From: an uncultured Bdellovibrio sp.
Lineage (GTDB): Bacteria; Bdellovibrionota; Bdellovibrionia; Bdellovibrionales; Bdellovibrionaceae
Assembly: GCA_963932905.1 (NCBI GenBank)
Contig: CAWVRN010000001.1
Span: 96,001-160,000 of the forward strand
DNA: 64,000 bases
Direction: 5' to 3'
The stretch's first letter is position 1. Every line of letters begins with the position of its first letter. A program made the translations under genes and the position numbers. The notes beneath the pieces were generated by a model. The model made no database searches, had not been told where the DNA came from, and worked only from the letters and a program-made list of their open reading frames with translations. Shown here in pieces: positions 57,923 through 64,000 of the stretch.

Positions 57923-59386
57923 CTAATTAATAAAGCTCTTCTCAACAGCCGAGAAAATTGGACCCGACAGCACGCCTAGAGCCGCGATAAAGATCGCAGA
58001 TACGATCATCGTTACTGTTGTTGCGCTTAGATTGTGACCTGCGATTTCCGCTTCACCTTCTGCCATGTACATTAATACGATTGGTTTTAAGTAGTAATAC
58101 ACACTGATCACAGAGTTAATCACACCCCATACCGCTAACCAAATTAAACCTTCACCTACAGCGGCGTTGAATAAGTAGAACTTACCGAAGAAACCAATTG
58201 ACGGTGGGATCCCAGCTAGTGACAACAAAAACAATGAGAAACAGAACGCATACACTGGACGACGAGACGCTAAGCCTTTTAATCCATCAAGTGTGATCAT
58301 GTGGTTTTCATTTTTCTCTAAGATAGAAACGATTGCAAATGCACCCAATGTCATTAAGCAGTAACTAAATAGATAAAAAATAACCGATGAGGCTCCGAAT
58401 GATCCTGCATCACTTACGCCTGCCGTGATCACACCCACAAGAACGTAACCAGAATGCGAAATACTTGAGTATGCCAAGACACGTTTCAAATTTGTCTGCA
58501 CAATCGCGCCGACGTTGCCCACAAGCATTGTGATAACGGCCATCCACTGAAGAACGTCAAACAAACCCGTTGAACCAACTAAAGATTTGGTTGCAATCAC
58601 GCGCAAAAATGCAGCGAATGAAACTACTTTTACCGCTGTCGCCATGAATGCCGTGTGTGGTGTCGGTGCGCCTTGATAAACATCCGGAGTCCAAGCATGG
58701 AACGGGGCAATCGAAACTTTGAAGCAGAATCCTAAGATTACGAATGAAATACCAAATAAGAACAATCTGTTTGATTGAACCAGGCTTGATGCTTCTTGCA
58801 TGAACGTAATTAAATTTGTTGAGCCTGTTGTCCCGAAAACAAAGGCTGTTCCGTACAAGAAGATCGCAGATGCAAAACTTCCTAGTAGGAAATATTTGAA
58901 AGCTGCTTCTTTAGAGTATTTTTCTTCGTGGCTCATGCCGATCATTAGGTAAAGAGCCAACGACATTAATTCTAAACCCACAAATAGAGTCAGAAGATCC
59001 ATCGCAGAAACCAGGATCAACATACCAACAACCGAATTCAATGCCAGGAAAATCAATTCCGCAAATTGACGACCGTTTGTTGCATAGTTTTCATACATCA
59101 TGATGATAGCGCCCGTTGCAGATAAAATCGCAAGGGATCCCATCCACAAAGTAACTGAGTCAAACACAAGTGATTTACTAAATGCTAATTCGCCAGAGCC
59201 ACCAACCACAGTCAGTAGAACCAATCCAATTATTAAGCCTGCGATACCTTGAATCAGAGTCACTAGGTTATTTGGCTCTTTGTTACCAGATAAAACTTTT
59301 GTAGTGATCGGCAGAAGACTCGCGATAAAAATCGCGATCATCGGAGAAATACGGATTACATCCGCTAGACCAATATTAATTTGCAT
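57923..59386 (-). CDS. nuoN: NADH-quinone oxidoreductase subunit N
   Basis: EAAFKYFLLGS, FKVSIAPFHAWTPDVYQGAP, LAYSSISH, SVYYYLK. Confidence 0.96.
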   Translation of the reverse strand: MQINIGLADVIRISPMIAIFIASLLPITTKVLSGNKEPNNLVTLIQGIAGLIIGLVLLTVVGGSGELAFSKSLVFDSVTLWMGSLAILSATGAIIMMYENYATNGRQFAELIFLALNSVVGMLILVSAMDLLTLFVGLELMSLALYLMIGMSHEEKYSKEAAFKYFLLGSFASAIFLYGTAFVFGTTGSTNLITFMQEASSLVQSNRLFLFGISFVILGFCFKVSIAPFHAWTPDVYQGAPTPHTAFMATAVKVVSFAAFLRVIATKSLVGSTGLFDVLQWMAVITMLVGNVGAIVQTNLKRVLAYSSISHSGYVLVGVITAGVSDAGSFGASSVIFYLFSYCLMTLGAFAIVSILEKNENHMITLDGLKGLASRRPVYAFCFSLFLLSLAGIPPSIGFFGKFYLFNAAVGEGLIWLAVWGVINSVISVYYYLKPIVLMYMAEGEAEIAGHNLSATTVTMIVSAIFIAALGVLSGPIFSAVEKSFIN

Positions 59387-60923
59387 ACTCAGATCCTTTA
59401 GCCACTTTGTTTTCGTGAATTTCTAGGTAGTACTTGTTTTTGTTATTCACAAGGTGATCTACGCTTGATTTAGTCCAATTTAAAAAATGATTCGGTAGCA
59501 GTCCCATCCAAAATACTAGAATTAATAACGGCGCCATCACAACAATCTCGCGAAGATTCAAATCGTGGAGTGGATGATGTTCATCTTTTACCAGCTCACC
59601 TTTTTCACCGAAGAATACACGTTTAAACATCCACAACATATAAGCTGCACCCAAGACAACACCCGTCACTGCGAAGTAAGCATACACAGGAGCCGCTTTA
59701 AATGTGCCAAGAAGGATCAAGTATTCACCAATGAAACCGTTCGTTAATGGAACCGCAATTGATGACAGCGTAATGATGAAAAAGAAAATCGTAAATATTG
59801 GCAGTACTGATGCCAAACCACCGTATTTAGAAATTTCTCGTGAATGTGTTCGTTCATAAATCATACCGATTAACAAGAACAGGGCTCCGGTGGAAACACC
59901 GTGATTGAGCATTTGGTAGATACCACCTGTAATACCATACTGATTCAGCACAAATAGACCCACAATGATGTAACCCATATGCGATACGGAAGAGTACGCA
60001 ACAAGTTTCTTGATGTCTGGTTGAATCATCGCCACCAGAGCACCGTAAATAATTCCAATAACTCCAAGAGACAAGAACAACCATGACCAGTATTCTGTCG
60101 CATCTGGGAACAAAGGAATTACCCAACGTAAGAAACAGTATGTACCCATTTTTAACATCACACCCGCTAGAATCACTGAACCTGGAGTCGGCGCCTCAAC
60201 GTGGGCATCCGGCAGCCACGTGTGAACTGGCCAGATTGGCACTTTGATCGCAAAAGCTAAAGCAAATGCGAAGAACAGTAGTGTTTGCTGATTCATGAAC
60301 GTACCCGCCACAAACGGGATTTTAACTTTATAGAATTCTAATAAACTTGCGCTCATCACGCCCGTCGCCTGCTGAGTTAGATACATCATATAAATGATGG
60401 CTACTAACATCAGAACCGAGCCCGCCATCGTGAAGATAAAGAACTTGATCGTTGCATAAATTCGGCGAGCACCACCCCAAATACCAACCATGAAGTACAT
60501 TGGGATCAGAGACAATTCCCAGAAAACATAGAATAAAATTGCATCCATAGCTAAGAACGAGCCCAGCATGGCTGTTTGAAGAAGGAACAAACAAGAATGG
60601 AAACCTTTAATTTTAGTGTCGATTGATGTCCAAGACGCTAAGATGATGATCGGAGTGATGAACGTTGTAAGGATAACTAACCATAATGAAATACCATCGA
60701 TACCGACAAAGTATTGAATTCCAAATCGCTCGATCCATGTGAATTTCTCAACCAATTGCAGTCGCGCTGATCCCGGATCGAATTCATTTAAGATCATTAA
60801 GCTAATCAGAAACTCAATAATGGAAAACCCTAAAGCTAGGTGTCTTAGAGTTCTTTGCTGCGGCCAAAAAGCGATGAACACAGCAAACACAAGGGGTAGC
60901 AAAATTACGGTACTAAGAAGCAT
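59376..60923 (-). CDS. nuoM: NADH-quinone oxidoreductase subunit M
   Basis: DGISL, FWELSLIPMY, HTWLPDAHVEAPT, LLKMG-like MLKMGTY, NGFIGE. Confidence 0.96.
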   Translation of the reverse strand: MLLSTVILLPLVFAVFIAFWPQQRTLRHLALGFSIIEFLISLMILNEFDPGSARLQLVEKFTWIERFGIQYFVGIDGISLWLVILTTFITPIIILASWTSIDTKIKGFHSCLFLLQTAMLGSFLAMDAILFYVFWELSLIPMYFMVGIWGGARRIYATIKFFIFTMAGSVLMLVAIIYMMYLTQQATGVMSASLLEFYKVKIPFVAGTFMNQQTLLFFAFALAFAIKVPIWPVHTWLPDAHVEAPTPGSVILAGVMLKMGTYCFLRWVIPLFPDATEYWSWLFLSLGVIGIIYGALVAMIQPDIKKLVAYSSVSHMGYIIVGLFVLNQYGITGGIYQMLNHGVSTGALFLLIGMIYERTHSREISKYGGLASVLPIFTIFFFIITLSSIAVPLTNGFIGEYLILLGTFKAAPVYAYFAVTGVVLGAAYMLWMFKRVFFGEKGELVKDEHHPLHDLNLREIVVMAPLLILVFWMGLLPNHFLNWTKSSVDHLVNNKNKYYLEIHENKVAKGSEYAN

Positions 60924-60938
60924 TTAAATCTCCAAAAT

Positions 60939-62870
60939 CTACTTAATTATAATAATTGAAAGCGCGATCACTAAACCGATAGCGATGTACATCGCATAGA
61001 CCTGCACGTTACCAGTTTGTAGAGAGCGCGTAACGCCGCCGCCACCTTTAATAAGGTCTGCGATGACATAAGTAATTTTATCAATGAAATTCACGTCGAT
61101 ATAAAACCAAACTTTTCTAGACAGTTCGATCAATGGATTGATGATTGTCTTAAAGTATAATTCGTCGACTAAGTATTTTTTAAATACTAATTCGTATAAA
61201 GGTTTAATTGAGTTAGCAATTTTACCCGGAATTTCTGGCGATTTAACGTAGAAATGATACGCGATAAACGCTGAAATCGAAGCAATACCCACGGATGCGC
61301 CCATCAAGCCCCATTCTAACGAGTGTTCTGCTTCTGTTAAATTCGGAATTGGTTTTAATACTGGGTGCAACCATTCCATCAAGTAATTTGGAATGTGGCC
61401 AAATGTATGACCGATAACTTCAGGAATACCGATCCATCCACCCACGACACTTAACACCGCTAGAACGATCAAAGGAATCGTCATTAAGGCTGGTGATTCA
61501 TGCGGATGAACTGTTTTAGGAACACGTGATTTGCCCCAGAATGTTAAGCACATTAAACGAGTCATGTAGAACGCCGTCATACCCGCACTCAGAGCACCGA
61601 TCGCCCACAACACCGGGTGACCCATTGGACTATGGAAACTCATCCATAAAATTTCATCTTTTGAAAAGAATCCCGCAAATGGAGGGATACCGATAATCGC
61701 TACCCAACCCAAGAAGAATGTCCAATGCGTAATCGGCATATATTTTTTCAAGCCGCCCATCTTGCGAATATCTTGCTCTTCGTGCATTGCGTGGATCACG
61801 CTACCAGAACCCAAGAACATCAAGGCTTTGAAGAATGCATGAGTCATCAAATGAAATAACCCAGCACCAAACGCGCCCACACCCACAGCTAAGAACATGT
61901 AGCCCAGCTGCGAAACGGTCGAGTACGCAAGTACCTTTTTAATATCCCACTGAGTGATACCGATACTGGCCGCCATCAATGCAGTTAATGCGCCAACAAT
62001 CGCGATCACTAACATTGTATTTGGTGTCACGATGAATATTGGATTTAAACGAACGATCATATAGATACCCGCAGTTACCATCGTCGCCGCATGGATAAGT
62101 GCAGAAACTGGCGTTGGACCCGCCATCGCATCAGGAAGCCAAACATACAATGGAATCTGTGCTGATTTGCCAGTTGCGCCCACGAATAGGAACATAGTTC
62201 CCATCGTCAAAGCCCCTAACCACGAAGTTTCTGCCGTTGTCGGCGCTAGTGCATTGATCTCTTGAATATTTAAGGTACCGAACATAGAAAACAACACGAA
62301 CATACCTAATAAGAAGGCTGCGTCACCCACGCGATTTGTGATGAAGGCTTTCATTCCTGCTGCCGCTTTATCTTTATCTGTGAACCAGAATCCGATTAAC
62401 AAATAACTGCAAAGACCAACGCCTTCCCAACCCACGAACATAGTTAGTAAACTGTCGCCTAAAACTAAAATTAACATGTTGAAAACGAATAAGTTTAGGT
62501 AGGCAAAGTATTTGGTTACGCCTTTATCGTGGTGCATGTATTCCGTAGAAAACATGTGAATCAATGTTCCCACACCCGTGATAATTAAGATCATGATACC
62601 GCTGATTTGATCGACATAAAAAGCCGCATCGACTTTAAATTTATCTACGTTTAACCATTCAAAGAATTTAACGTGAATTTTTCGTTGATCTGCCGGCAAT
62701 CCAATCAGTTCAGAGAACAATAAAACCGAACATATAAAAGATATAAATACCGCTGCTGTCGCAATTCCGCCCGAAATTTTATACGTAGGCTGTTTATAAC
62801 GAACACCGTTGATTAAGAAACCAACGAATGGACTTAATAACAATACGGCCATCAATATAGAGTGATCCAT
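60939..62870 (-). CDS. nuoL: NADH-quinone oxidoreductase subunit L
   Basis: GWEGVGLCSYLLIGFW, WLPDAMAGPTPVSALIHAATMVTAG, THAFFKA. Confidence 0.97.
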   Translation of the reverse strand: MDHSILMAVLLLSPFVGFLINGVRYKQPTYKISGGIATAAVFISFICSVLLFSELIGLPADQRKIHVKFFEWLNVDKFKVDAAFYVDQISGIMILIITGVGTLIHMFSTEYMHHDKGVTKYFAYLNLFVFNMLILVLGDSLLTMFVGWEGVGLCSYLLIGFWFTDKDKAAAGMKAFITNRVGDAAFLLGMFVLFSMFGTLNIQEINALAPTTAETSWLGALTMGTMFLFVGATGKSAQIPLYVWLPDAMAGPTPVSALIHAATMVTAGIYMIVRLNPIFIVTPNTMLVIAIVGALTALMAASIGITQWDIKKVLAYSTVSQLGYMFLAVGVGAFGAGLFHLMTHAFFKALMFLGSGSVIHAMHEEQDIRKMGGLKKYMPITHWTFFLGWVAIIGIPPFAGFFSKDEILWMSFHSPMGHPVLWAIGALSAGMTAFYMTRLMCLTFWGKSRVPKTVHPHESPALMTIPLIVLAVLSVVGGWIGIPEVIGHTFGHIPNYLMEWLHPVLKPIPNLTEAEHSLEWGLMGASVGIASISAFIAYHFYVKSPEIPGKIANSIKPLYELVFKKYLVDELYFKTIINPLIELSRKVWFYIDVNFIDKITYVIADLIKGGGGVTRSLQTGNVQVYAMYIAIGLVIALSIIIIK

Positions 62871-62879
62871 CCTTAACCC

Positions 62880-63203
62880 CTATCCTCTTAAATGCTCGAA
62901 AAACTTAATGTTAACTTCTTTAAAGCGTTTGAAAATTGTAACTGCTAACGCTAATCCCACCGCGGCTTCTGCTGCGGCGATTGTCATCACGAAGAAAACC
63001 ATAATTTGGCCATCTACATTTTGTGTGTATTTGCTGAACGCGATAAACGAAATATTAACGGCATTTAACATTAACTCAACCGACATAAGGATAACGATCA
63101 CGTTACGTCTAAGTAAAACTCCAGCCATGCCGATTACAAATAAAATCGAAGATAAAACCAAGTAGTGATTAAGAGAAATATCGGTAAATACATTATTTTG
63201 CAT
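62880..63203 (-). CDS. nuoK: NADH-quinone oxidoreductase subunit K
   Basis: RRNVIVILMSVELMLNAVN, AAAEAAVGLA. Confidence 0.96.
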   Translation of the reverse strand: MQNNVFTDISLNHYLVLSSILFVIGMAGVLLRRNVIVILMSVELMLNAVNISFIAFSKYTQNVDGQIMVFFVMTIAAAEAAVGLALAVTIFKRFKEVNIKFFEHLRG

Positions 63204-63759
63204 GGTGAGTTCCTCCGCGGCTACGAGCCAGCGCTACAGTTCCAACAGCGATTACAGTTAGCAACACGCCCAGGGCTTCAAATCCAAAGATGTGTTTCGA
63301 GAACAACACCATTCCAAGCTCTTTAGTCGAAGCATCTGGGGAATTTGATTTTTTCAGTTTTTGAACCTCCGCCAAATGAACGGCGTCTTTCGTCATTTCA
63401 CCAACGAATGATTTTTGACTCATGATAATTCCGCCAACGATCAATCCAGATAATAAACCCACTGAGATCAGTTTAATTGCACCGGATATTTTTCCTGACG
63501 AAAACGCCTGAATCTCGGCTTTAATATCAAACAACATCAAAACCATGACGAATAAAACCATCACGGCACCAGCGTAAACGATTAGCTGCACACCCGCGAT
63601 GAAGAAGGCTTGCAAAGTGATAAAAATAGCGGCCACGCCAACCATGGTCATAGCCAAAGATAATGCTGAATAAATGGGGTTGGTAAAAAGCAACACCGCC
63701 AAGCCACTTCCGATAATCAAGAGGGCCAGAAACCAAAAAAGAAAAACATCAGGGGTCAT
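63193..63759 (-). CDS. nuoJ: NADH-quinone oxidoreductase subunit J
   Basis: NPIYSAL, QLIVYAGAVMVLFVMVLML, FEALGVLL. Confidence 0.95.
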   Translation of the reverse strand: MTPDVFLFWFLALLIIGSGLAVLLFTNPIYSALSLAMTMVGVAAIFITLQAFFIAGVQLIVYAGAVMVLFVMVLMLFDIKAEIQAFSSGKISGAIKLISVGLLSGLIVGGIIMSQKSFVGEMTKDAVHLAEVQKLKKSNSPDASTKELGMVLFSKHIFGFEALGVLLTVIAVGTVALARSRGGTHHAK

Positions 63760-63775
63760 TCCACTACTCCGTTGT

Positions 63776-64000
63776 TTAAGAAACCAAAAATATTACTAGT
63801 GCCGTAAGGATGGTGTTGCCAAGCGCCCAAGGCAGCATAGTTTTCCAGCCCAAATCCATCAATTGATCGTATCTGAATCGCGGAAGAGTCCAACGAACCC
63901 AAATAAAAATCCATAAAAACAATACAAATTTGATCAAGAAGCTTAAAAAATGCACTAGCGTTGTAATCACACTAATGGTCGCTGCTGATTCAGTTAAGCC
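63776..64000 (-). CDS. nuoH: NADH-quinone oxidoreductase subunit H, C-terminal part (truncated by window edge)
   Basis: [22 protein letters not shown] is the NuoH C-terminal signature; frame is open to the window end. Confidence 0.92.
   Translation of the reverse strand, partial: GLTESAATISVITTLVHFLSFLIKFVLFLWIFIWVRWTLPRFRYDQLMDLGWKTMLPWALGNTILTALVIFLVS

Noticed and set aside
19004..63736. Numerous 60-140 aa alternate-frame or antisense ORFs (e.g. 19004-19402, 26403-26828, 39097-39465, 42291-42647, 45834-46232)
   Set aside because: They lie entirely within well-supported genes and show no recognisable motif or RBS.

Overview
An AT-rich, gene-dense bacterial core-genome segment. Gene content and order point to a predatory Bdellovibrionota (Bdellovibrionaceae-like) organism; this is inference from the Tgl-like pilotin, PilT, many secreted hydrolases and the split nuo cluster. 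It carries a partial RlmD-type methyltransferase, a tgl-rodZ-GT-C-PHP-exonuclease operon, rimO/lolA/comF/rlmH, a NadD-RsfS fusion, obgE-rpmA-rplU, rng, pilT, deoC-pdp-punA, asnS, a three-gene acyl-CoA carboxylase, tatBC, a stand-alone PDC sensor/MCP/porin cluster, hemW-grpE-dnaJ, an LpoA-like lipoprotein, two tandem DksA/TraR genes, lon, several peptidases/esterases (two S9, S8, M16, C1, patatin, alpha/beta hydrolase) and nuoH(partial)-J-K-L-M-N. I saw no tRNA, rRNA, CRISPR array, transposase or prophage. The most interesting signals are: (1) a four-hairpin RNA between dksA and lon with three ANGGAU motifs, one matching the CsrA consensus and overlapping a terminator stem; (2) a ~220-nt multi-stem, potentially bistable 5' leader with its own sigma70 promoter ahead of an HTH/coiled-coil gene; (3) an orphan, degenerate BMC-T (PduT-like) shell protein coupled to rimO; (4) a 139-bp rod-like palindromic element after rng; (5) repeated leaderless promoter geometry. 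All calls come from reading motifs by eye; no database searches were run.
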